A stretch of 11,259 nucleotides of DNA, from assembly GCA_003558085.1 (NCBI GenBank), contig PWMT01000165.1, positions 1-11,259 of the forward strand, read 5' to 3'. This document shows positions 1 to 8,753 of the stretch, piece after piece. The position numbers and the translations under genes are program-made. Source of the stretch: Methanobacteriaceae archaeon (GTDB lineage Archaea; Methanobacteriota; Methanobacteria; Methanobacteriales; Methanobacteriaceae). The notes under the pieces are model-generated. The model searched no databases, was not told the DNA's origin, and worked only from the letters and a program-made list of their open reading frames with translations. Every line of letters begins with the position of its first letter. Position 1 is the stretch's first letter.

Positions 1-194
1 ACAACACCATTCATCGCAATTGCAGGAACAGCCATTAGTCCATAATTCACGGCTTTTTCTCTATCTTGCATGATGTCCACTGTTTCTACTTCTAGAGTAT
101 CTCCCAATTCTTTTTTAGCCTCACTGACTACTTCGATTGCCATGGGACAGTAAGGGCACGTGGGTGATGTAAACACTTCGATTTTTACAACCAT
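1..194 (-). CDS. Thioredoxin/glutaredoxin-like redox protein (MTH807/MJ0307 type), 3' end runs off the window
   Basis: Manual translation from ATG at 194: MVVKIEVFTSPTCPYCPMAIEVVSEAKKELGDTLEVETVDIMQDREKAVNYGLMAVPAIAMNGV. It has a CPYC active site, a cis-Pro 'AVP' motif and SD GGAGGT at 206-201. Not in the ORF track because it is truncated. Confidence 0.95.
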   Translation of the reverse strand, partial: MVVKIEVFTSPTCPYCPMAIEVVSEAKKELGDTLEVETVDIMQDREKAVNYGLMAVPAIAMNGV

Positions 195-464
195 ATTAGT
201 ACCTCCGTGTAAGCATTATTAATTCTATCTTACAAGAATTAATCGGATCTAATTACTAAAACTTTAATAAACAATCTTCTACTATTTTTGGCTTAAATAC
301 TTATTCCTTATTAAACTTTGGTCTCCTTTTTATACTTATCATATGTGAAAACTGGTTTAGCCTAAAAAATCACATTACCCTACAAAATAATTAAATTTTG
401 CATCTTCATTAGTTATAAACTCACCATCTTGATTAATTGATTATAAGTGAATAGGGAACACAAA

Positions 465-1379
465 TCAGGGATGCATATTTGAAATGGTGCTTGTTTGTAA
501 ATTCTCTCCAATACCCAGTCCCATGGAATAACCAATTCTAGATACTAGGCTACCTAGAATTGCTCCCAATGGTGTGCGGCGAGCGAATGTAACGGTTTGA
601 TATTTCTCTATTCCTGCTAACTCAGCTGCTATCTCAAGTGCTTCTTCTTTACTTCCTGTATTATCAATCAATTTCAGATTTTCAGCCTGAGTTCCAGTAT
701 ATACTTTTCCCTCGGCGATTTCAGCCACATACGTTTTATTTAAATCACGATTTTCAGCTATCTGTTCAATGAAATAGTCATATTGCTCATCCACTATATT
801 TTGCAACATCTCCCGTTCTTCCGGTGTTAATTCTCTAAAATCAGCACCCATATCTTTATATTCGCCACTTTTAATCACATATCTGTTAATACCTTCTCTT
901 TCGTATAATCTGGAAAGATCAACCAAGTCTATTAGCACCCCAATGCTACCAACCCAGGAGGAAGGATTGGCCATTATATGATCAGCTCCAGAGGCTACTA
1001 AGTAAGCACCAGAAACTCCGCTATCACTAATCCAAACTACTACCGGTTTTTTAGAATTTTTAACAGATTCCATTAATTCATTACTAGCCACCGGAGTTCC
1101 ACCTTGGCTATTGATTTCCAATAGAATAGCATTAATGTTAACATCCTGATTAGCACTTTCTATAAAATTTTTTATATCCTCAGGATGAGTAGTGTGGCTA
1201 TCCATGAAAGGAGAAGAAGAATAAGTAATATGTCCATATATAGGAATCACAGCTATGGTTCCACTTGGAGGAGCAAACCATGAGTTCCCAATAACTGAGA
1301 TAAAGGATAATAAAATAACTGTTAACAATATTAAGCCTCCTATAACTCCCAATAAAACCCTTTTCTCTTTTTTATCCAT
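465..1379 (-). CDS. sppA: Signal peptide peptidase SppA (protease IV, peptidase S49, short form)
   Basis: N-terminal TM helix, IAVIPIYG.I, LEINSQGG, catalytic Ser region SGAYLVAS, GSIGV, KSGEYKD (catalytic Lys) and GKVYTG. SD-like GAGGATGA lies upstream. Confidence 0.93.
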   Translation of the reverse strand: MDKKEKRVLLGVIGGLILLTVILLSFISVIGNSWFAPPSGTIAVIPIYGHITYSSSPFMDSHTTHPEDIKNFIESANQDVNINAILLEINSQGGTPVASNELMESVKNSKKPVVVWISDSGVSGAYLVASGADHIMANPSSWVGSIGVLIDLVDLSRLYEREGINRYVIKSGEYKDMGADFRELTPEEREMLQNIVDEQYDYFIEQIAENRDLNKTYVAEIAEGKVYTGTQAENLKLIDNTGSKEEALEIAAELAGIEKYQTVTFARRTPLGAILGSLVSRIGYSMGLGIGENLQTSTISNMHP

Positions 1380-1612
1380 AATATCATCCTCTTAAATTTC
1401 ATCTACACTAGCATTTTTGTAAATTATCCGCTTCTTAACTACATATTAAATTTTTGTTTTGATCATTATTTTTATGATTTTACTTATCCTGCAGATTATT
1501 AATTAGCATATACTTAATCATAAGTTAATTTAGCAAAAATATAAGAGATTATAATAAATAAATTAATTACCTATATACTGTTATTTTTGTTAAAGTTATA
1601 TAATATAAGTTC

Positions 1613-1663
1613 AATATTTTCTAATTCCAGAAAATATTCTAAAACTTATACTTTAGAATATTT
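1613..1663. promoter_or_regulatory. Two overlapping perfect inverted repeats upstream of aroK (candidate operator or RNA structure)
   Basis: AATATTTTCT-N6-AGAAAATATT (1613-1638) and AAATATTCTAAA-N8-TTTAGAATATTT (1632-1663), lying between TATA-like TTATATAA (1596-1603) and TTTATAAA (1661-1668). Function is inferred. Confidence 0.4.
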
Positions 1664-1687
1664 ATAAATTCATTAGGAAGTGCTTTT

Positions 1688-2548
1688 ATCATAAAAAAAA
1701 CAGTTAGATCTCCTGGTTCAGCTACAGTAATTAATGCTATTTCAACTGGAAATGGGTCGGCATTTGGAATTAAGTTATACATTACAGCAGAAGCTAGTCT
1801 GAAAACATCAGGAATCAAATGCACTTCAGAAATTAAAGCAGATCCTCTTTTAATGGATTTGTGTGTACAGAAGGTATTACAATATCATGGCTTAGAGCAG
1901 GGAATTCGAATCAAAACGACTTCTAACCTACCCATGGCCTCTGGACTATCCAGTAGTAGTGCCACTTCCAATGCAGTTGTAATGGCAACTGCTAGGCTTC
2001 TTGAAGAAGAATTTGCATTAAAACCTATAAGTGATATGGAATTAGTAAACTTGGCTATTGACGCTTCTCTAGAAGCAGGAGTGACTATTACTGGGGCATT
2101 TGATGATGCTACTGCCTCTTTTTTTGGGGGTCTTACCATCACCAACAATATAAAACGGGAGATAATCCATCAGGAAAAGATGCCACATCAAAACATATTA
2201 ATATATATGCCAGACAAAGAGACATTGACTGCACAATCTGATGTAAATCGCATGAGGCTTATTGCACCTTGGGTGGAGATTGCATTTCAAGAAACTCTCC
2301 AGGGTCATATATTTAAGGCTTTAACTTTAAATGGAATTTTATATTGTGCAGCGCTGGGATTTGATTCTAAAATTGCTCTTGATGCTTTGGATGCAGGTGC
2401 AATTGCAGCTGGATTGTCAGGAACAGGACCTTCCTTTGTAGCACTAGTAAATGAAGATAATCAGAAAAAGGTTCAGGATGCATGGATTTCTTATCCTGGA
2501 AAAATTATAGCTACTTCCATTGATAATAAGGGCACTGAAGTGATTTAA
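1688..2548 (+). CDS. aroK: Archaeal shikimate kinase (GHMP family); true start is upstream of the ORF-track ATG at 1853, probably non-canonical (ATC 1688 or ATA 1691)
   Basis: In-frame upstream extension (I)[29 protein letters not shown] matches the conserved N-terminus of archaeal shikimate kinases. Also present: GHMP loop [20 protein letters not shown] and AGLSGTGPS. Length is about 285 aa with the extension. Confidence 0.92.
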   Translation: MIKKTVRSPGSATVINAISTGNGSAFGIKLYITAEASLKTSGIKCTSEIKADPLLMDLCVQKVLQYHGLEQGIRIKTTSNLPMASGLSSSSATSNAVVMATARLLEEEFALKPISDMELVNLAIDASLEAGVTITGAFDDATASFFGGLTITNNIKREIIHQEKMPHQNILIYMPDKETLTAQSDVNRMRLIAPWVEIAFQETLQGHIFKALTLNGILYCAALGFDSKIALDALDAGAIAAGLSGTGPSFVALVNEDNQKKVQDAWISYPGKIIATSIDNKGTEVI

Positions 2549-2853
2549 TGGATAAATCCCGTGCTTTAAAACTTCTTCAAAACTCAAGAGAAAAAATTGA
2601 TCGTATCGATGAAGAATTGCTCAATTTAATTAGTAAAAGAATAGCTATTTCCCGTGATATTATTGAGGCTAAGATTATTTTGGATATTAATATTCTGGAT
2701 GCTAAGCGGGAAGCAGATATTCAGAAAAAAGCAATTAAAGTAGCTAGAAGAAATAATATTAATGAGGAAAGCCTCTCTAAGATTATGCAAATACTTACCG
2801 ATTTAAATAAAAAAGAACAAGAAGAATTTATAAGGAGACAAAAGAATGGGTAA
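2548..2853 (+). CDS. aroQ: Chorismate mutase (AroQ, monofunctional)
   Basis: [18 protein letters not shown] and ILDAKRE motifs of the type II chorismate mutase. TAATG overlap with the aroK stop, and SD-like GAAGTG at 2537-2542. Confidence 0.88.
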   Translation: MDKSRALKLLQNSREKIDRIDEELLNLISKRIAISRDIIEAKIILDINILDAKREADIQKKAIKVARRNNINEESLSKIMQILTDLNKKEQEEFIRRQKNG

Positions 2854-3046
2854 TATTAGAACATCATTTGTTAAAAGAACAGCTAAAGAATTGATTGAAA
2901 CTCACCGAAGAAAGTTCACTACTGATTTTGCTGAAAATAAAAAATTAGTGGAACAATATTCTACTGTAAGTACCAAACACTTACGTAATAAAATTGCAGG
3001 ATATGTAACTCGGTTAATTAAAAATAATGCCATATATCAAGGATGA
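2846..3046 (+). CDS. rps17e: 30S ribosomal protein S17e
   Basis: [11 protein letters not shown]...FTTDF..NK..V....[13 protein letters not shown] signature. Overlaps aroQ by 8 nt, with SD AGGAG inside aroQ. Confidence 0.97.
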   Translation: MGNIRTSFVKRTAKELIETHRRKFTTDFAENKKLVEQYSTVSTKHLRNKIAGYVTRLIKNNAIYQG

Positions 3047-3110
3047 TGAATGGAAAAAAATCATATTTAAGCAAAAAATTTATTTAGTATATTATCGCTA
3101 GGTTGGGTGT

Positions 3111-4337
3111 TTGATGGATGTAATCGTGGCTAAATTTGGTGGAACTTCCATAGGGAATGGTAAAAGAATTAGAAAAGCAGCTCAGGCAGTGGTCAATGAA
3201 TACATGAAGGGTAAAAAGATTGTAGTAGTGGTATCTGCTATTGATAAAACTACTGATGATTTATTAAATATTGTTACTGAATCTATGGAAGATACTGCAA
3301 CTGAAAAACAATTAGCAGAAATAGTTTCCATGGGTGAAATGACCAGTGTACGTATATTCTCTTCAGCCATCGAATCACTTGGCGTTAAATCAGAATACGT
3401 AGATCCTTTTAGTGAAAAATGGCCTATTATAACTGATAGCAACCTTTTAGATGCTAAAGTGGATTTTAAAGCTACTGAGGTAAAATGCAATGAACTTATG
3501 AAAATGATGGATCAGGGTATCATTCCTGTGGTATGTGGCTTTTTAGGAAGAGATGATGAAGGATATATAACCACTCTAGGTAGGGGAGGTAGTGATATAA
3601 CTGCTTTCCTATTAGGGCACTGTTTATCAGCGGATAATGTTATTATAGTTACTGATGTGGGTGGAGTAATGTCCACTGATCCGGATAGGGTGGAAGATGC
3701 TCAAATATTAGATGAAATTTCTGTGGAAGAAATGAGAGATCTGGCCACCTATGGTGCCCAGGTTTTACATCCTCATGCTTTACAATACAAGGATCCTAAG
3801 ATAAATGCTAAAATAATTGGTTTTGATAAAGGTGATTTATCTGTACCAGGTACAGTGATAAAAGGTCCTTCTGAAAAAGAAATGCAGAAAGCTATTATCA
3901 CTTTACATGTGGAACCTATCTCAGTAATTGCTGTTGTAGGAGAAGAAATACTTAACAAGACCGGTGTTTTAGCTGAATTAACTGATACCTTAGCTGTAAA
4001 TGAAATCAATATTTACGGTATTTCTACGGGTCAAAATTCTATCACCGTTTTTGTTAATAAAAAAGATTCTGAAAGAGCACATCAAATAATGCACGATGTA
4101 GTAGTGGAAAATGAACACTTGAGTTCTCTTTCTTTAGGAAAGGAAATAGCTATGATTACCTTCAATAGACCCGATTTTATTGACACTCCAGGGATAATAT
4201 CAGATATTACCCAACCTCTCCGGAATAATAATATTAATATAGTAGAAATATCATCTTCTGAAACTTCAGTGATGATTTTTGTTGACTGGAAAGATGGTAA
4301 AAAAGCATATGAATTAGTAAAGGGGGTTTTAAATTGA
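3111..4337 (+). CDS. lysC: Aspartate kinase with two C-terminal ACT domains
   Basis: [34 protein letters not shown] and GAQVLHP motifs, plus ACT domains. Start is TTG 3111 or ATG 3114. Confidence 0.95.
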   Translation: MMDVIVAKFGGTSIGNGKRIRKAAQAVVNEYMKGKKIVVVVSAIDKTTDDLLNIVTESMEDTATEKQLAEIVSMGEMTSVRIFSSAIESLGVKSEYVDPFSEKWPIITDSNLLDAKVDFKATEVKCNELMKMMDQGIIPVVCGFLGRDDEGYITTLGRGGSDITAFLLGHCLSADNVIIVTDVGGVMSTDPDRVEDAQILDEISVEEMRDLATYGAQVLHPHALQYKDPKINAKIIGFDKGDLSVPGTVIKGPSEKEMQKAIITLHVEPISVIAVVGEEILNKTGVLAELTDTLAVNEINIYGISTGQNSITVFVNKKDSERAHQIMHDVVVENEHLSSLSLGKEIAMITFNRPDFIDTPGIISDITQPLRNNNINIVEISSSETSVMIFVDWKDGKKAYELVKGVLN

Positions 4338-5227
4338 AATTAGAAGGTACTATTGTGGCTATGGTGACTCCATTTACTTCTAAAGATGAAGTTGATGAAC
4401 CCGGTATGCGGGAAAACATTAATTATCTTATAGAACACGGGGTGGATGGTATTTTAACTGCAGGTACTACTGGAGAATCCGCCACCATAACCCATGATGA
4501 ACAGCGGAAAATGATTGACATCTTAGTAGATGAAGTAGATGGTAGGGTAAATACTGTTGCTGGTGCAGGTAGTAATTCTTCCAAAGAAGCTTTAGGTTTA
4601 GTAAGATATGCAGAAAATGCTGGAGCTGATGCAGCATTGGTGATAACACCCTATTATAATAAACCTCAACCACAGGGTTTAGTGGACCATTATCAGTTGA
4701 TGGTTGAAAATAGTGATATCCCGATTATAATTTATAATGTTCCCTCCCGTACCGGTACAGATATTGATGTGGATACTATAATTGAAGTGGCTGAAATGGA
4801 TAATATCCTGGCCATAAAGGAAGCTAATCCAGATATGGACAAAGTATCACACTTGCAGAAAAATCTTTTAGAACGGAGCTTGAATAAAAATTTCAAGATA
4901 CTCTCTGGTAATGATAATCTTACATTGCCTATGATCTCCTTGGGGGCGGTTGGTGCTATATCGGTAGTGGCCAATGTTGACCCTGCTCGTATGAGTAGAA
5001 TGATTAACGAAGCACTTTCTGGAGATTTTAAAGCAGCTAATGCAACCCATTTTGAAATGTATAATTTAATGAAGATTTTATTCATTGAGAGCAATCCGGT
5101 ACCTGCCAAAGATGCTTTAAATATGATGGGGAGACCGGCGGGACATGTGAGGATGCCTCTAGCACCTTTAAAACCGGAAAATAAGGCAAAATTGAAAATA
5201 GTTTTAGAAGAACTATCTCTGATTTAA
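4334..5227 (+). CDS. dapA: 4-hydroxy-tetrahydrodipicolinate synthase
   Basis: [22 protein letters not shown], Schiff-base Lys in AIKEA, SGND and [11 protein letters not shown] start overlaps the lysC TGA (TTGA). Confidence 0.97.
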   Translation: MKLEGTIVAMVTPFTSKDEVDEPGMRENINYLIEHGVDGILTAGTTGESATITHDEQRKMIDILVDEVDGRVNTVAGAGSNSSKEALGLVRYAENAGADAALVITPYYNKPQPQGLVDHYQLMVENSDIPIIIYNVPSRTGTDIDVDTIIEVAEMDNILAIKEANPDMDKVSHLQKNLLERSLNKNFKILSGNDNLTLPMISLGAVGAISVVANVDPARMSRMINEALSGDFKAANATHFEMYNLMKILFIESNPVPAKDALNMMGRPAGHVRMPLAPLKPENKAKLKIVLEELSLI

Positions 5228-5237
5228 TTTTTTTTTT
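5228..5237 (+). terminator. Candidate archaeal oligo-T terminator after dapA
   Basis: Ten consecutive T immediately after the dapA TAA. Oligo-T tracts are the established archaeal termination signal. Confidence 0.45.
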
Positions 5238-5309
5238 ATATGAGGTACCATACCAGGAATTATCTCTAGATTTCCTACAAGCTAATAGTTTTTAAACTTT
5301 TCAGGAAGA

Positions 5310-6140
5310 ATGATAAAAATGATGAAGGTGGCCGTAACTGGGGCAAGTGGAAGAATGGGATCCAAAATAATAAAAACTATTCTTCAACAGGAAGATATGG
5401 ATTTAGTAGCAGCCATTGAAGCTCCCTACACATCTTTGGAAGGTAAAGATATAGGTGAAGTTATAGGGGCAGGCCCAGTGGGAGTAAAAGTGACAGGTGC
5501 TGAAAATCTTCAAGATGCATTATTAGAATCCCAGGCAGAAGTATTGGTAGATTTTACTATTTCCAGCGCTGCTTTAGAAACGATTCAAATTGCAGCAAAA
5601 TGTGATTTGAATTTGGTGGTAGGTACTACTGGATTTAGTGAAGAAGAATTTTTTAGCATAAAAAGTGCCATTGAAAAAAATAAGGTTAAGGCAGTAATAT
5701 CTCCCAATATGGCTGTGGGAGTTAATGTTTTCTTTAAAATACTTGAGGATCTTGCACTGATATTGTCTGATTATGATGTGGAGATTATCGAGGCCCACCA
5801 TAAATACAAACAGGATTCACCCTCGGGAACTGCTAACAAGGCCCTGGAGATAATTAGCCAGGTTTTAAATCGTAATTCGGAAGAAGTAGGAGTGTATGGT
5901 AGAAAAGGTATTCTTGGTAAGCGCAGTCATGAGGAAATTGGAGTACATGCTGTTAGAGGTGGAGATATTGTTGGCGAACATATGGTTCTCTTCGCTGGAG
6001 AGGGAGAACGCATAGAAATAGTGCATCGAGCCCATAGTCGTCAAGCATTTGTAAGTGGTGTCATAAAAGCTTTGAGATTCTTGAAAGATGCAGAACCAGG
6101 AAAAATCAATGATATGTCAGATATTCTAGGATTTGAATAG
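5310..6140 (+). CDS. dapB: 4-hydroxy-tetrahydrodipicolinate reductase (start may be ATG 5319 or 5322)
   Basis: KVAVTGASGRMG, VDFT, VGTTG, PNMAVGVN, EAHH.YK.DSPSGTA and RGGDIVGEH motifs. Confidence 0.97.
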   Translation: MIKMMKVAVTGASGRMGSKIIKTILQQEDMDLVAAIEAPYTSLEGKDIGEVIGAGPVGVKVTGAENLQDALLESQAEVLVDFTISSAALETIQIAAKCDLNLVVGTTGFSEEEFFSIKSAIEKNKVKAVISPNMAVGVNVFFKILEDLALILSDYDVEIIEAHHKYKQDSPSGTANKALEIISQVLNRNSEEVGVYGRKGILGKRSHEEIGVHAVRGGDIVGEHMVLFAGEGERIEIVHRAHSRQAFVSGVIKALRFLKDAEPGKINDMSDILGFE

Positions 6141-6206
6141 ATATATTAATTATCGAATAGAAAATTTAATATTATAATGTTAATAAGGGAATTATAGGGT
6201 GATAAA

Positions 6207-7250
6207 ATGGTAAATGTGGGTATTCTTGGAGCAACTGGGATGGTAGGTCAAAGATTTATAGAATTATTAGATAAACATCCTACTTTTGATATAACTGCCC
6301 TCACTGCTTCTGCAAGATCGGCAGGTAAAAGATATGAGGATGCTACTACATGGTTTTTAGATACTAAAATGCCAGAATTTGTGAAAGATATTGAGGTAGT
6401 GGATACCGATCCAGGTAAAATAAGTGATGTGGATATTGTATTTTCTGCACTTCCACCAGGTATAGCTGCTAAAGTTGAACCTGAGTTTGCCCAGACATAT
6501 ATCGTAGCATCTAATGCCAGTGCCATGCGTATGGAAGATGATGTGCCCCTGGTAATACCGGAGGTTAACCCTGAATATTTGGATCTTATAGAAATACAAC
6601 AAAAAAATAGGGGTTGGGATGGTTTTGTGGTCACTAATCCCAACTGTTCTACTATTGCACTTACCCTTACCTTGAAACCTATATATGATCAATTTGATAT
6701 CAAAAGAGTCTATGTTTCTACTATGCAGGCAGTTTCTGGTGCAGGATATGATGGAGTTCCTTCCATGGCTATCGTGGACAATCTAGTACCCTTCATTCCT
6801 GATGAAGAAGATAAATTAGAAATAGAGACCTTACATTTGCTGGGAGATTTAGAAGATGGAGTGGTCAACCCGGCATCTTTTGGTGTAAGTGCCTCCTGTC
6901 ATAGGGTGGCAGTTTTAGATGGCCATACTGAAGCGGTTTTTATTGAAATGGAAGATGATATAAATTTAGAAGAAATCAAAACTAGCATGACTGAATTTAG
7001 AGGTTTGCCTCAAAAATTAGATCTTCATTCAGCCCCGCAAAAACCAGTGCTCGTTACTAATGAAGAAAATAGGCCACAACCTAGAATGGATCGTAACGCA
7101 TCGGATGGAATGTCAGTTGTGGTTGGTAGATTACGTGAAGATTTTGCTTTCGAGAATAGTTTTAGATATGTATTAGTAGGTCATAATACTATTCGAGGGG
7201 CAGCTGGTGCTTCCATACTTAACGCAGAACTGATTAATGAAATATTATAA
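6207..7250 (+). CDS. asd: Aspartate-semialdehyde dehydrogenase (archaeal type)
   Basis: [29 protein letters not shown], catalytic NPNCST, QAVSGAG and [18 protein letters not shown]. Confidence 0.97.
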   Translation: MVNVGILGATGMVGQRFIELLDKHPTFDITALTASARSAGKRYEDATTWFLDTKMPEFVKDIEVVDTDPGKISDVDIVFSALPPGIAAKVEPEFAQTYIVASNASAMRMEDDVPLVIPEVNPEYLDLIEIQQKNRGWDGFVVTNPNCSTIALTLTLKPIYDQFDIKRVYVSTMQAVSGAGYDGVPSMAIVDNLVPFIPDEEDKLEIETLHLLGDLEDGVVNPASFGVSASCHRVAVLDGHTEAVFIEMEDDINLEEIKTSMTEFRGLPQKLDLHSAPQKPVLVTNEENRPQPRMDRNASDGMSVVVGRLREDFAFENSFRYVLVGHNTIRGAAGASILNAELINEIL

Positions 7251-7277
7251 TATTAATTTATTTTTCAAGTTGATTAT

Positions 7278-7856
7278 ATGCTGGATCAGTTTGTACAATA
7301 TTTAATTAACTTTGACCTTTTCTATTTTTATTTTTTTAATATACAACTTAGAAATTCTCTATTAGATTTTTTAATGCCCATAATCACTTATGGAGGGGCA
7401 CAAATTACATGGCTTATTTTTTGTGGACTATTATATTTATGGGGAGATCAAAAGGCGAAGAGAACTGCTTTTGTAATATTAGTGGCTTTGGTTATAGGCT
7501 ACTTTTTTAGTGAAGCAATAAAATTATTAATCGCTCGTCCTCGACCTGGAGATATTTTAAATATCGGATTTTTCATGGAGGAAACAGGGTATTCATTTCC
7601 CTCAGGACATTCTATTGCTTCTTTTTCAGCTTTTAGTATTCTAGGCATTAAATATGGTTATATTTATATTTTCATATTCTTAGCGCTTATGGTGGCTATT
7701 TCCCGTATATATTTAGGGGTTCATTATCCATCGGATGTCCTGGTTGGATCAGCATTAGGAATCATCTTTGCCTTAATAGTTTTGAGGATGGAAGGTAAAC
7801 TTATAAGCCTTAAAAATAAAGTATTAAATCAATATTTAAAGCAATTTTTTAAGTGA
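7278..7856 (+). CDS. PAP2-family membrane phosphatase (possible polyprenyl-pyrophosphate phosphatase)
   Basis: All three PAP2 motifs are intact: KLLIARPRP (KX6RP), SFPSGH and SRIYLGVHYPSD (SRX5HX3D). Multiple TM segments. Confidence 0.9.
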   Translation: MLDQFVQYLINFDLFYFYFFNIQLRNSLLDFLMPIITYGGAQITWLIFCGLLYLWGDQKAKRTAFVILVALVIGYFFSEAIKLLIARPRPGDILNIGFFMEETGYSFPSGHSIASFSAFSILGIKYGYIYIFIFLALMVAISRIYLGVHYPSDVLVGSALGIIFALIVLRMEGKLISLKNKVLNQYLKQFFK

Positions 7857-7860
7857 TAAC

Positions 7861-8382
7861 ATGCGGTTTATAAAGGACACAGAAAAGGAACAATTGAAAC
7901 GCTTGGTAAAGGCATGCATGTTAGAAATCAGTAAACTAAAAATGGATTTAAAAAAGTGCCGGCAAGAAAATAAGTCAAGTCCACCTACTAAGCAATCGGA
8001 TTCACATACGGAAATGAATTCACAGCAGAATATAGAACTGGAAAATCTTTTAAAAGAAAAAGATGAAAATATTTTTGAACTTAAACATATTCTGGAAGAG
8101 AAAAATAAACAAATCTATGAACTGGAAGAGATCAGATCCTATTTTAAAGCATTAACTGCAAAACCAAAAAAAAATCTTACCTCCTTCCAATCCCAAATAT
8201 ATCAATTATTACCTAGTGAGAAGGCCAATACCAAAGAATTGCATTTATTAATAAAGAATATAGGGTTTAAAGAACTTACTTTTGATAACATGTTGCATAT
8301 TCTGCGTAACTTAGAGAGAAAAGGATATTATACCTCAAAAAGAGATAATAAAGAAATTTTTTGGCAAAAAATAGAAAAATGA
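7861..8382 (+). CDS. Hypothetical protein: N-terminal coiled coils plus putative C-terminal winged helix
   Basis: 173-aa ORF starting 4 nt after the PAP2 stop with SD-like AAGTGA. Heptad Leu/Ile pattern (LENLLKEKDENIFELKHILEEKNKQIYELEE). The C-terminal LTSFQSQIYQLL...HILRNLERKGY..S.....FW pattern resembles a wHTH (inference). Confidence 0.8.
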   Translation: MRFIKDTEKEQLKRLVKACMLEISKLKMDLKKCRQENKSSPPTKQSDSHTEMNSQQNIELENLLKEKDENIFELKHILEEKNKQIYELEEIRSYFKALTAKPKKNLTSFQSQIYQLLPSEKANTKELHLLIKNIGFKELTFDNMLHILRNLERKGYYTSKRDNKEIFWQKIEK

Positions 8383-8677
8383 TTCCTAATAAATTGCTTT
8401 ATTTTAATCAATTATTTTTTTAGATTAACTAATCTAGAATCAACTAGAACTTATTGACTAAAAGTAAAAATTTTTTTATATTAAGTCTATCTTTAATGTA
8501 TTGGATTAAAGTCTTTTTGAAAATAGTTAATTATATAAAGTATATAAAGGCAGATCTAAAGATTTTCAAGGTATTTTTAGATTAGTGAGTTTTTTCTTAT
8601 CAGGTATATTACAGCAATAATGGTTTTTCCATCAGTTTAAATTAATTTAATAAATTAGAAGTTTAAGATTTATTTAG

Positions 8678-8747
8678 GCGCAAAGTATTTATAGAACCTC
8701 TAACCCATCGATTATTGTTGAAAACATATTGAAAGAATATGAGGTGA
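8678..8747 (+). promoter_or_regulatory. BRE/TATA promoter and Shine-Dalgarno of the thermosome gene
   Basis: GCGCAAAG (BRE-like, 8678-8685) followed by TATTTATAG. Canonical SD GAGGTGA at 8741-8747 ahead of ATG 8754. Confidence 0.65.
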
Positions 8748-8753
8748 TTTTTA

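Noticed and set aside
380..428. Minus-strand GGTGAG SD-like motif followed by the mini-ORF MKMQNLIIL*
   Set aside because: Only 9 codons, the SD spacing is long (10 nt), and there is no other support.
1853..1855. ORF-track ATG as the aroK start
   Set aside because: It would delete the conserved [16 protein letters not shown] segment and has no SD.
5240..5269. Mini-ORF MRYHTRNYL* between dapA and dapB as an attenuator leader peptide
   Set aside because: No Lys/Thr/Met codon run and no SD, and the T-tract lies upstream rather than downstream.
5256..5275. GGAA...TTCC as an NrpR nitrogen operator
   Set aside because: NrpR needs GGAA-N6-TTCC; the spacing here is 12.
8637..8650. 14-bp palindrome TTAAATTAATTTAA
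   Set aside because: It contains only A/T within a very AT-rich spacer and is plausible by chance.
8700..8714. CTAACCCATCGATTA as an HSR1/Phr-type heat-shock operator downstream of the thermosome TATA
   Set aside because: Only the left half of CTAAC-N5-GTTAG matches, which is too weak to call.
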